Assembly: GCA_028288725.1 (NCBI GenBank)
Contig: JAQGIC010000101.1
Coordinates: 1-64,000, forward strand
DNA from: Rhodospirillales bacterium
Lineage (GTDB): Bacteria; Pseudomonadota; Alphaproteobacteria; ATCC43930; CGMCC-115725
DNA length: 64,000 nucleotides
Reading direction: 5' to 3'
Shown here: positions 8,571 through 16,696 of the stretch, piece by piece
Numbering within the stretch: the first letter of the stretch is position 1
Layout: the number at the start of each line of letters is the position of its first letter
Notes under the pieces: model-generated
What the model saw: the letters and a program-made list of their open reading frames with translations, nothing else
What the model was told of the DNA's origin: nothing
Database searches by the model: none
Program-made: the position numbers and the translations under genes

Positions 8571-9770
8571 TCAGCCGATCTGGTGGGTGTTCAAGTTCGT
8601 GACGCCGACGAGCGTAATCGAGGTCTTGTCCGAGAGCGTGATCACCGTGTTGCCGTTGGTGACGGTTGCGTCGGCCAAAACCTGCGCCGCGGTCAGGCCA
8701 TATCCCTGAACGGTCAGCAGATTGCTGGTCGATGCGCCAAAATCCTCGATCGTGGTGCTGCCGCCGCCCGCAATCGTCGAGAAGGCGAAGATGTTGGCTC
8801 CGGCGCCGCCGAACACCGTGTCGGCGCCCTTGCCGGCGAAGATCACATCATTGCCAGCGCCGCCGAAAATCGTGGTGTTGCCCGTACCGGCGAAGAACGT
8901 GTTGTTCCCGGTACCACCGACCAGCGTCTGATTGCCGGCGCCAGCAACCAGCAGATCGTTGGCAGAGCCCGTGTTGAACAGCTGGTCGTTGCCTTGGCCG
9001 CCGATCAGGGTCGCATTGCCACTGCCACCGACGATCGTGTCGTTGGTGCCCGAACCCGCAGAAAAGAGACCGCCGCCGGAGCCGCCGAAGATGGTGGACG
9101 AGCCGGTGCCGCCCACGATCGTGCTGGCACCGGAGCCGGCGATGAACACGGAGTTGCCGGAGCCGCCGAATGCCTGTGAATTGCCGGAGCCGATACCGAT
9201 CGTGGCGTTGCCCGAGCCGGCGACGATGGTGTCGTTACCCGAGCTGTAGATCACGCTTTTCCCGGAGCCGCCGAACACGGTGTTATGGCCGGTGCCCGCG
9301 GTGACCGTATCGTTGCCGCTGGCGGCGACGATGATGTTGTTGCCATTGCCGGCGACGATCTTCGTATTGCCGTTGCCCGATGCGATCGTCCCGATCAAAT
9401 TATTGCCGTCGCCGGCGATAATCGTGCCAGACCCACCGCCGGCATTGATCGTGTCGTTGCCGGCATTGCCGACCAGGATCTGATTGTTCGTGGTCGACCC
9501 GATCACGGCCGCGCTGGTGCTGCCGGTCAATATCAGGCCAGCGGCACCGGTCGGAGCCACGAGCACGGTGCCGCTCGTCGGTGCGATCTGATAGACCGTA
9601 GCGGTTGATGCGGCGAGCGAAACCGGCGTCGAGAGGCTCGTAGCAACCAGCGAGTTGGTTACCGTCGAACTGATCGTCGCGAGGGCATTTGCAACGCTCT
9701 GCGCCACTGTCGTGGACAAAGAACTCGTATCGACGGATCCGCCGCCTGCAATGGTTGCCGTCGAAGCCAA
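8571..9770 (-). CDS. Degenerate RTX / beta-roll nonapeptide-repeat protein (putative secreted or surface protein)
   Basis: 399 aa. About two dozen 9-aa units (A/G)GxGxxxUx, e.g. GGQGNDQLF, GGAGNDVIF, AGSGNATIG, GGSGNSVFI. C-terminal non-repeat tail ...TTIEDFGAS...ITLVGVTNLNTHQIG. TTG start at 9770 lies 8 nt after GAGGGG; no internal Met. Confidence 0.8.
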   Translation of the reverse strand: MASTATIAGGGSVDTSSLSTTVAQSVANALATISSTVTNSLVATSLSTPVSLAASTATVYQIAPTSGTVLVAPTGAAGLILTGSTSAAVIGSTTNNQILVGNAGNDTINAGGGSGTIIAGDGNNLIGTIASGNGNTKIVAGNGNNIIVAASGNDTVTAGTGHNTVFGGSGKSVIYSSGNDTIVAGSGNATIGIGSGNSQAFGGSGNSVFIAGSGASTIVGGTGSSTIFGGSGGGLFSAGSGTNDTIVGGSGNATLIGGQGNDQLFNTGSANDLLVAGAGNQTLVGGTGNNTFFAGTGNTTIFGGAGNDVIFAGKGADTVFGGAGANIFAFSTIAGGGSTTIEDFGASTSNLLTVQGYGLTAAQVLADATVTNGNTVITLSDKTSITLVGVTNLNTHQIG

Positions 9771-10126
9771 GATGCCATCCCCTCAAAAAGGTCCTTCAGA
9801 CGACACGCAAACGGCCACTAGTGCCCGAAACTGCGAAAATCGACCGCAAGCTATGTTGCAATGCGTAGCGAAACTCTGGGCTTCGGTCAACTCGATTCAC
9901 GCCAAAATGTTACAACCGATGAGTTTATACGAAAATTTAGCATTTTACGGTATCTAGGTATGGATTGTCGTCCCGGCCTTCGTTAACGGTCGAATGAAAC
10001 CTGGGGTGTATCGGCTTTTTCCCCTAGCTTGGCCGCTTTGGTGCGATCGCCTCCCGCGGATCGTCTAATATAGCCATAGCGCGCTTCGGACAAAACAGCA
10101 CACGCTAAACGCGTGGTTGGCTCGGC

Positions 10127-10156
10127 GGAAATTTGAGGAAATTTGAGGAAATTTGG
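10127..10156. repeat. Three tandem 10-bp direct repeats (GGAAATTTGA x2, GGAAATTTGG)
   Basis: Read directly: cGGAAATTTGAGGAAATTTGAGGAAATTTGGagaaagc. Lies in the 544-bp intergenic region between the divergent repeat-protein gene and the GT2 gene. Confidence 0.9.
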
Positions 10157-10314
10157 AGAAAGCACTGGCGTTCAGTGGTGTGGAGGTGGTTTTGACGCTC
10201 CGGTTCGTTGCTCGGCCGTGCGCCCTCTCACCGGTTGAAATCCCTGACGGCGAATGTGATTGGGTGTTCCTACCAATGGTTTCTTCTCATCGGTTTCGGC
10301 ATTAGAGTGACGGG

Positions 10315-11259
10315 ATGGGCACTTCGACTGGCGACAAACTGATTGACGTTGTCATCGTCAATTGGAATTCGGGCATGCATTTGGCCGCCTGTCTGCGTGC
10401 TCTCGCTGCACCCAGCGAGCGCCATAGAATTCGTGGCGTGACGATCGTCGACAATGGTTCGACCGATGGCAGTCTCGATTTTCAGCTCCCTCCCGATCTG
10501 CCCGTCTTCATCGACCGGGCGGGGAGTAACCTTGGCTTTGCCCGCGGCTCAAATCGTGCGGCACGGCAGGGGACGGCTCCCTACATTCTACTTCTTAATC
10601 CCGACGCCAGTATCGAACCAGGCGCGCTCGATGCTGTGATTGCATCGTTCAATCGATCTGACGCGATCGGCATCGTGGGATTGCGCTTGTGCGATCAAGC
10701 TGGCAATACCTTGCGGACTTGCTCACGGTTTCCGACCGCACGAGCCTTCATTGTCCGTGCGCTGGGGTTGAACCTGTTGCCGGGATTGAAGCATCTAGGT
10801 CCCTTCATGCGCGATTGGGCCCATACCGAAAGCCGAATCGTGGACCAAGTAATGGGGGCGTGCTGTGCGGTGCCTCGCGCGCTCTTTGAAGACATCGGGG
10901 GTTTCGACGAGCGATTCTTCCTCTATTACGAAGATGTCGATTTGGCAAAGCGCGTTCAGAAAATCAATCGTATCAGTTGGTTTGAGACGGCAGGCGCCGC
11001 TCGCCATATTGGGGGTGGCAGCAGTGCCGCGATACCGGGGCGTCGCTTATTTTATATTCTTTCGAGTCGCTTTGCCTATGCGCGCAAACATTTCTCGCTG
11101 CTCGGCTATCTTGCGACGCTTTTCGTCACATTGTTGATTGAGCCCTGGAGCCGCCTGGCAGCCGAAGTCGTGCGGCGTGGTCCGGTCAAAATGTTCGTTG
11201 TCCTGTCGGGCTACGCGATACTGTTTCGGACGCTCGCCGGCGCCAAGTCACGGGGATGA
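10315..11259 (+). CDS. Glycosyltransferase family 2 (rhamnosyltransferase-like)
   Basis: DVVIVNWNS, VDNGSTDGS, NLGFARGSNRAAR, LLLNPDASI, DERFFLYYEDVDLAKR. Confidence 0.85.
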   Translation: MGTSTGDKLIDVVIVNWNSGMHLAACLRALAAPSERHRIRGVTIVDNGSTDGSLDFQLPPDLPVFIDRAGSNLGFARGSNRAARQGTAPYILLLNPDASIEPGALDAVIASFNRSDAIGIVGLRLCDQAGNTLRTCSRFPTARAFIVRALGLNLLPGLKHLGPFMRDWAHTESRIVDQVMGACCAVPRALFEDIGGFDERFFLYYEDVDLAKRVQKINRISWFETAGAARHIGGGSSAAIPGRRLFYILSSRFAYARKHFSLLGYLATLFVTLLIEPWSRLAAEVVRRGPVKMFVVLSGYAILFRTLAGAKSRG

Positions 11260-12389
11260 GTAAGGTTCGCCCGCTCAAAGTGTTAGCGCTTACGCGCTAC
11301 AGCCGCCTTGCGGCGAGTTCGCGCTATCGGCTGCTGCAGTTCCTGCCGCTGCTCGGTGAAGCCCGACTCGATGTAACGGTCAAGCCGCTGCTCGGCGACT
11401 GGTATGTGCAATGCCTGGTCACCGGGCGGCGCCCGCCAAGCGGGCGGGTCGCCGCAGCCTATATTGGCCGCGTCCTCGCCATGCTTAGTGCCGAATCGCC
11501 GGACTTGATCTGGATCGAGCGGGAATTATTGCCTTGGATGCCATGGTCGTTGGAGCGGGCGCTGCTGAGCGGAAAGACGCCGACCATCCTCGATTTGGAT
11601 GACAGCATCTTCCATCGATATGACCAGCATCCGTCACCCTTGGTTCGCAAGATGCTGGGCCGGCGGATTGATCGCGCCATGGCAGCGGCCACAGTCGTCA
11701 CTTGCGGCAATCCTACGATTGCGGAGCGCGCGCGGGCGAGCGGGGCCCGCCGCATCGTCGAATTGCCTACCGTTATTGATTGCAACCGCTACCCCGCGCA
11801 GCCAAGCGGGCGAACGCCCGATGGGAAATTCGTCGTCGGCTGGATCGGTAGCCCTCAAAATTCCCAGTATCTCGAGGCGCTGCGGGAGCCGCTTACCCAA
11901 TTGGCGGCCGAGGGACCTCTTCGAATATTGGTAGTCGGCGGCGCACCCGGTGTCCTTGCTGGTCTGCCGGTCGAGATCCGCCCTTGGGCGGAGGCGACCG
12001 AGATTGCGGCGCTGTGTGAAATGGACGTCGGGGTTATGCCTTTACCGGACCGGCCTTTCGAACGCGGCAAGTGCGGGCTGAAGCTGCTGCAATATATGGC
12101 TGCCTGGAAGCCGGCGATTGCGTCTCCGGTCGGGGTCAATACGCGGATCATCGATCACGGCGTTCGTGGTTTCCTCGCCGACACCCCCGAAGAATGGCTG
12201 GCGAGCCTGCGGCATGTCCGCGATGACGCCGCTCTCGGCCGCTCGATGGGCGCGGCAGGCCGGCAGCTGGTCGAGCAAGATTATTCGGTGGCGAGCGTTG
12301 GCCCGCGCCTCGTCGTGCTCATGACCGAACTGGCGATGGCTCAAGCGGATGCCGGCAATTTCGCGAGACGTGCCCACACGGCCGGGTGA
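11256..12389 (+). CDS. Glycosyltransferase, GT-B fold (GT4-like)
   Basis: ATGA overlap with the upstream GT2 stop. GWIGSPQNSQYL and MPLPDRPFERGKCGLKLLQYMAAWKPAIASPVGVNTRIIDHGVRGFLA. Confidence 0.75.
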   Translation: MSKVRPLKVLALTRYSRLAASSRYRLLQFLPLLGEARLDVTVKPLLGDWYVQCLVTGRRPPSGRVAAAYIGRVLAMLSAESPDLIWIERELLPWMPWSLERALLSGKTPTILDLDDSIFHRYDQHPSPLVRKMLGRRIDRAMAAATVVTCGNPTIAERARASGARRIVELPTVIDCNRYPAQPSGRTPDGKFVVGWIGSPQNSQYLEALREPLTQLAAEGPLRILVVGGAPGVLAGLPVEIRPWAEATEIAALCEMDVGVMPLPDRPFERGKCGLKLLQYMAAWKPAIASPVGVNTRIIDHGVRGFLADTPEEWLASLRHVRDDAALGRSMGAAGRQLVEQDYSVASVGPRLVVLMTELAMAQADAGNFARRAHTAG

Positions 12390-14422
12390 TCGGCCAGCAG
12401 ACTTTTGAGATCGGCTTTCGCCGTCTGAGTGACCCATGCGGGCGCATGGGAATTCAGCAGATCTGCGGCTGCCATCGCGGCACCGTCCAAGTCGCCCGCC
12501 TTCAATTGCGCTACGACTTCATGGTATTTTATGCGGCAGCGTTCCTCGGCTGCTTCATCGCTTCCATCTGCCAGGGTGCGGCGCCAAGCCTCAGCAAATG
12601 ATGCCGCAGCGGACACTGGCGTGCGTCGATGCAGCAAGTCGAGCATGCCACGGGCGTTCAACAGGCGCCAATCGTCGACGCCCTGAACGAGCGGCTCCAA
12701 TCGCGCTGCGATATCGAGATGCCCCAGATCGACCAGACTGACGAGGATAGGAAAGATCTTCGTCGGCGGTAGTGGCTCGGACGACGAAAGAATTGGTGCG
12801 ATCAAGGTGTCTATTTTCGTACGCCCTGCCCGAAGCACGGCCTGGTGGGTTGCCGGCAGGAAATTGTCATGTGCCCGGGCGGCTATCGTGCCGCCGGCCA
12901 CTCTCGCTTGATCGAACAACGCCAACGCAGTCTTGCCGTCGCCGCGCCGATGCAAGGCGATGAAACCGTTGGACAGCGCACGCAATGCGGGGTTATCGGC
13001 GACAACGGCAGCAAGCTCCAGATGGCCCAGATCGATCAGGCAGAGCACAGCCGCCTCAGTCCAAGCAGCCGAACCACTGCTTGCGGGCCTGCGCAGGCGA
13101 TCGGCCACGGCCTGCGGATCGACGTGACACAACGACAGTATTGCCTGTCGGGGAGCGTCCTGTTCGATGGCGCCAGTCTCGCCATCGTCGATGCCGATCG
13201 CGACGTAAGCTTGCCGGAAGGCGATTGCGACGCGGGCGGCCTCATCGAAGCAGCGGCTCGCGATCGCTGGGGCATTCTCGCCATTCTGGGCGATCATGCC
13301 CGCGCAATAGAGGACGCCAGCCAGGCACCAGGGCGCGCCGAACCGGCCGCTGATTGTGCCCTGCCGCACCTTGTCGAGGATCTGATTGGGAACGGGTGCC
13401 TCTATGGAAAACCCGAACGTCGCCTCGATATCGGCGGACAGAACTTGCAGAAGAACTCGGGCCTCGTCGTAGTCAGCACTGTTGGTCAGTTCTTTGAGCA
13501 ATCGATACCGCAGCCCTCGCTGTAACGAGAGTTGTAGGCCGTCGCGGGCTAGAACCTGCGTGAGATAGCGGCGATAGAGTCCACGGTCGAGAGGCGCCGC
13601 CGGGTCGAAGTCTAGCGGCCGGCGCGAGGCGTAAGCGACGAGCCGATGCCCGGCCGATCGGACCGAGACATATGGGAAACCGGCAGCCTGCAACAGGTGG
13701 CGCAAACCTTCGGCGGAATAGAGAATTAGATGGTGGCCGGGGCTGAGTGCCAGCATCAATTCCGGCATCGGCACGCCGGGACGGACCGAGTCGGCATCGG
13801 GGGTGGTTAACGCCAGCGTACCGTTCGGTGCCAGATGGGCGGCGCAGATCGCCAGGAACGCCTGAGGATCATCGATATGCTCGATGACCTCCGAGGCATA
13901 GACCAGGTCGAAGGGGCCGCCAAGATCGATCTCGGTCGTTGCATAGATTGTCTGGATGGCGAGGCCGAGCCCGTCGCGACCGGCCTGAGCCAGCGGCGAA
14001 GGATCGAGGCCTAGCCCTTGCCAACCGAACATCCGCTGGGCCGCGTCAACGGAAAAGCCATACCCGCAGCCGATCTCCAGATACCGCCGGACCCGATCTG
14101 CCGGAATACGCGCAATCGGCTCGATTAACGCATCAACGCCGGCGCCTTGCTCCACATAGAAATCGGTCGACCAGGGAAACCCTGTGCCGCCCTCATAGGC
14201 GAACGACTTCTGATCGTCCCAGAACAGGTTGGTGCAGGCGCGACATTCGACCAGCGTGATCGTCCCGCGGCCGGGAGCCAGACTCCGGGTGCTGAGAAGC
14301 GCCCGCTTCGCATCAGCGTCGCCACAGACGGGACACACGAGCACCTGGGCCGTTCCGGCTTCGCACCATTCGGCTACGCCGACTGTTGACGACAGCGATT
14401 GCCTCTTATCGTCCATGACCAT
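12341..14422 (-). CDS. Zn-ribbon + class I SAM methyltransferase with ~400-aa helical C-terminal extension
   Basis: CPVCG...ECRAC four-Cys ribbon. YLEIGCGYGFSV (motif I), DLVYASEVIEHIDDPQAFL, LAPNGTLALTTPD. Start taken at ATG 14422 (or 14416), just downstream of the upstream stop at 14431. The C-terminal half is Ala/Leu-rich helical sequence. Confidence 0.75.
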   Translation of the reverse strand: MVMDDKRQSLSSTVGVAEWCEAGTAQVLVCPVCGDADAKRALLSTRSLAPGRGTITLVECRACTNLFWDDQKSFAYEGGTGFPWSTDFYVEQGAGVDALIEPIARIPADRVRRYLEIGCGYGFSVDAAQRMFGWQGLGLDPSPLAQAGRDGLGLAIQTIYATTEIDLGGPFDLVYASEVIEHIDDPQAFLAICAAHLAPNGTLALTTPDADSVRPGVPMPELMLALSPGHHLILYSAEGLRHLLQAAGFPYVSVRSAGHRLVAYASRRPLDFDPAAPLDRGLYRRYLTQVLARDGLQLSLQRGLRYRLLKELTNSADYDEARVLLQVLSADIEATFGFSIEAPVPNQILDKVRQGTISGRFGAPWCLAGVLYCAGMIAQNGENAPAIASRCFDEAARVAIAFRQAYVAIGIDDGETGAIEQDAPRQAILSLCHVDPQAVADRLRRPASSGSAAWTEAAVLCLIDLGHLELAAVVADNPALRALSNGFIALHRRGDGKTALALFDQARVAGGTIAARAHDNFLPATHQAVLRAGRTKIDTLIAPILSSSEPLPPTKIFPILVSLVDLGHLDIAARLEPLVQGVDDWRLLNARGMLDLLHRRTPVSAAASFAEAWRRTLADGSDEAAEERCRIKYHEVVAQLKAGDLDGAAMAAADLLNSHAPAWVTQTAKADLKSLLADHPAVWARLAKLPASA

Positions 14423-14430
14423 TCCGCTCG

Positions 14431-15444
14431 TTAGAAAACCCGATTGCGCGCTGCCGTCTGCAGATAGTCCTCGATGAGTTCGACAGGGTAGTCGCTTGTG
14501 CTCTCGATGGTCGACCGCCAATTGACCAGCAATGGAATGCCTGCCGGGTTCTTTTCCAACAGCTCACGTTTGATGAACGGGAACCGAAGTTCAGTAATGA
14601 GATATTCCCAGAAGTAGTGTGTCGGGTTGAGCGGACGGCCCAGGTTCACGCCTTCCAGAAGCCGATCGAAATAAGTGTCAAGCAGGGGGTGGCTGATGGT
14701 TTCGGCCATTGCACGATCAACCACGGCTGCGGACAGGCGCCGATATGGATAGAGCGCCTTCAGCTTCAGGCCGGCCTTCAGCATCGCCTGGCTGAGGCCG
14801 ACCTCATACTTGTGAATCACAACCCGCTTGCCGCCGACATAACGCATCTGGCGCCAGAAATCGGTGAAGGCTTTCGAGCGTAGCGCCTTGGCGCCGAACA
14901 GCACGAAGAAGCTCTGCAGGTGATATTTGTTGTCGTAGCTATCGGTCATGCCCCAGACGTCCGTCCGGTCGAACTGGCACTGATCGATGATTTCCTTCAG
15001 GTCCTGAAGCGGGCCGAAGATGCTGTCGTTGAGGATCAGCACCTGTTCGGCCTCGCCGATCTCCGGAGTCAACAGAATGCCGTCGCGCCAAGCGCCGAAA
15101 TCATAGCCGAGATTCCTCCGCTGGAGTACCCGCCCGCACCAGGGCAAAACCGTTTGCAGACTTTCGGGATCGAGCTTGCGCGAATTGGAGACAACAACTG
15201 TGGTGAACCCGGCTTGGTCAAGCGCGCGCAGGAGATAGAGGAAATAGTCGGCGAAGCGCTTCTGCGTCGAAAAATGGACGAGGACGGCAATCTTTGGTGC
15301 GTTGGCGAGAGGCTTGCCCCCCTCCCAGCGAGCCGTGACGTAGTTCGAGCGCAAATGGCGCCAGCTTGCGTACCATGACAGCCGGTCGGCGACAGCGGCA
15401 TGGCTGATCTCCAGCGCACGCCAGACACGCCTCATAACTCTCAT
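14431..15444 (-). CDS. Rhamnan synthesis protein F (RgpF) family glycosyltransferase
   Basis: VLILNDSIFGPL, DVWGMTDSYDNKYHLQSFFVLF, FPFIKRELL, characteristic of the RgpF family. Confidence 0.75.
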   Translation of the reverse strand: MRVMRRVWRALEISHAAVADRLSWYASWRHLRSNYVTARWEGGKPLANAPKIAVLVHFSTQKRFADYFLYLLRALDQAGFTTVVVSNSRKLDPESLQTVLPWCGRVLQRRNLGYDFGAWRDGILLTPEIGEAEQVLILNDSIFGPLQDLKEIIDQCQFDRTDVWGMTDSYDNKYHLQSFFVLFGAKALRSKAFTDFWRQMRYVGGKRVVIHKYEVGLSQAMLKAGLKLKALYPYRRLSAAVVDRAMAETISHPLLDTYFDRLLEGVNLGRPLNPTHYFWEYLITELRFPFIKRELLEKNPAGIPLLVNWRSTIESTSDYPVELIEDYLQTAARNRVF

Positions 15445-15555
15445 GACTATTTACTTCCCCACCAGTGCGGCAATCTTCGTAAGCCCGCCATCTGGCAGCG
15501 TCAACGCCTCGTCACCGCCCCTCGGGGCGACGCGAGGAAACCGGTTCCCCGCGCC

Positions 15556-16095
15556 TCAATACCCGCGCGTGAGATATTTCAGCAGATCCTTGGCGAGTTG
15601 CTCGCCCTCGATCGGGCCTTCGATCGTCCGGTCGAGGCTGCCGTCGGCATGCAGCAGCACCAAGAGCGGCGCCGCCGGATCGTGGGCGACCAGCGCTTCC
15701 CGCAGATGGATGATCTGTTCGGCCGGACCGGACAGGCTGTCGATCGTCGTTTCCGCGACCGGCAGGGCGGCGCGCGCCGGCTCCGGTGCCGCGGCGGCGA
15801 TGGCGATTTCGCGGCTGCGCCGGCCCATCAGCCTCATGGCCTGGCCGATCGCGTCGAGCCGGGCCTGACGGTCGCAGGCGCAGCCGGGCAGATCCAGGTC
15901 GAGCAGCAGCCAGCGGCCGGCGAAATGCTTCGCCGTCACGGTCTGGCCGGCGGCGTCGCTCAGGCGGAAATCCACAGCCACCGGTCCGGGCTGGATTGCC
16001 TCGGCCGGTCTCGTCAGTTCGATCGTGGCGACGCCGATCAGACCGGCGGCGAAGCCGGCGAGGGCGCCGAGCGATAGGGCGGTTCGCCAGCGCAT
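15556..16095 (-). CDS. Thioredoxin-fold, SCO1/SenC-like protein (divergent)
   Basis: N-terminal membrane anchor. FRLSDAAGQTVTAKHFAGRWLLLDLDLPGCACD resembles the SCO F.L.D..G......GKW.L..FGFT.CPD.CP region, but the Cys pair is spaced C-A-C. Lies directly downstream of ctaG. Confidence 0.45.
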   Translation of the reverse strand: MRWRTALSLGALAGFAAGLIGVATIELTRPAEAIQPGPVAVDFRLSDAAGQTVTAKHFAGRWLLLDLDLPGCACDRQARLDAIGQAMRLMGRRSREIAIAAAAPEPARAALPVAETTIDSLSGPAEQIIHLREALVAHDPAAPLLVLLHADGSLDRTIEGPIEGEQLAKDLLKYLTRGY

Positions 16096-16099
16096 GCGC

Positions 16100-16678
16100 T
16101 TATTTCGCCTCGCTGAGCCGGGTCGCGGGTTGGGTCGATGCTTTGAAGAAGGTGTAGGACAGGGTCACGACGTTCACATCGTCGGCGTTCCTGTCCTTCA
16201 GCAGCTTCGGATCCAGGAACAGGCTGACCGGCATGTCGGCGAGCTCGTGCGGCGCCAGGGTCTGCACGTCGAAACAGAAGCAGGCGACCTTGAAGAAATA
16301 GGGTCCGATCTTGTCCGGTGTGACGTTATAGAGCGCCTGTCCGGCGATCGGCTGGTCGGTCTTGTTCTCGGCCCGGAACATGACCAGCGCGTTCTCACCG
16401 ACCTTGACCTTGATCTCGCGCTGGACTGGATAGAACGTCCAGGGCAGATCCGGCTGGACCGCCGTGTCGAAGCGCACGGTGATGATCCGATCGAAGGTCT
16501 TGTCCGGCACCTCCTGGGCGATCTGCGTGGCGCCGCCCAGTCCGGCCTCGCGGCAGATCAGCTGATAGAATACGGCGGCGGCGTAGCTCAAGCCCACCAT
16601 GCCGATCACGCCGCCGGCCAGGACCATCGCCATGCGCCGGCTGCGGCGCCGGCTCGTCTTCTTATTGGTTTCCGTCAT
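16100..16678 (-). CDS. ctaG: Cytochrome c oxidase assembly protein CtaG/Cox11
   Basis: Single N-terminal TM helix, YNVTP, FFKVACFCFDVQTL (the CFCF copper motif), VTLSYTFF. Confidence 0.9.
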   Translation of the reverse strand: MTETNKKTSRRRSRRMAMVLAGGVIGMVGLSYAAAVFYQLICREAGLGGATQIAQEVPDKTFDRIITVRFDTAVQPDLPWTFYPVQREIKVKVGENALVMFRAENKTDQPIAGQALYNVTPDKIGPYFFKVACFCFDVQTLAPHELADMPVSLFLDPKLLKDRNADDVNVVTLSYTFFKASTQPATRLSEAK

Positions 16679-16696
16679 GGGTCGGACGCTACTCGA

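Noticed and set aside
8571-9770. About eleven N-x-T sequons (NDT, NAT, NQT, NNT, NTT) as evidence for N-glycosylation of the repeat protein.
   Set aside because: The RTX consensus GGxGNDTL itself generates N-x-T, so sequon density is not independent evidence. Glycosylation remains a hypothesis from gene context only.
10127-10156. Possible CRISPR array or phase-variable simple-sequence repeat.
   Set aside because: There are only three 10-bp units with no spacers and no cas genes. That is too short and too few for CRISPR or for efficient slipped-strand switching. It is kept only as a candidate protein-binding array.
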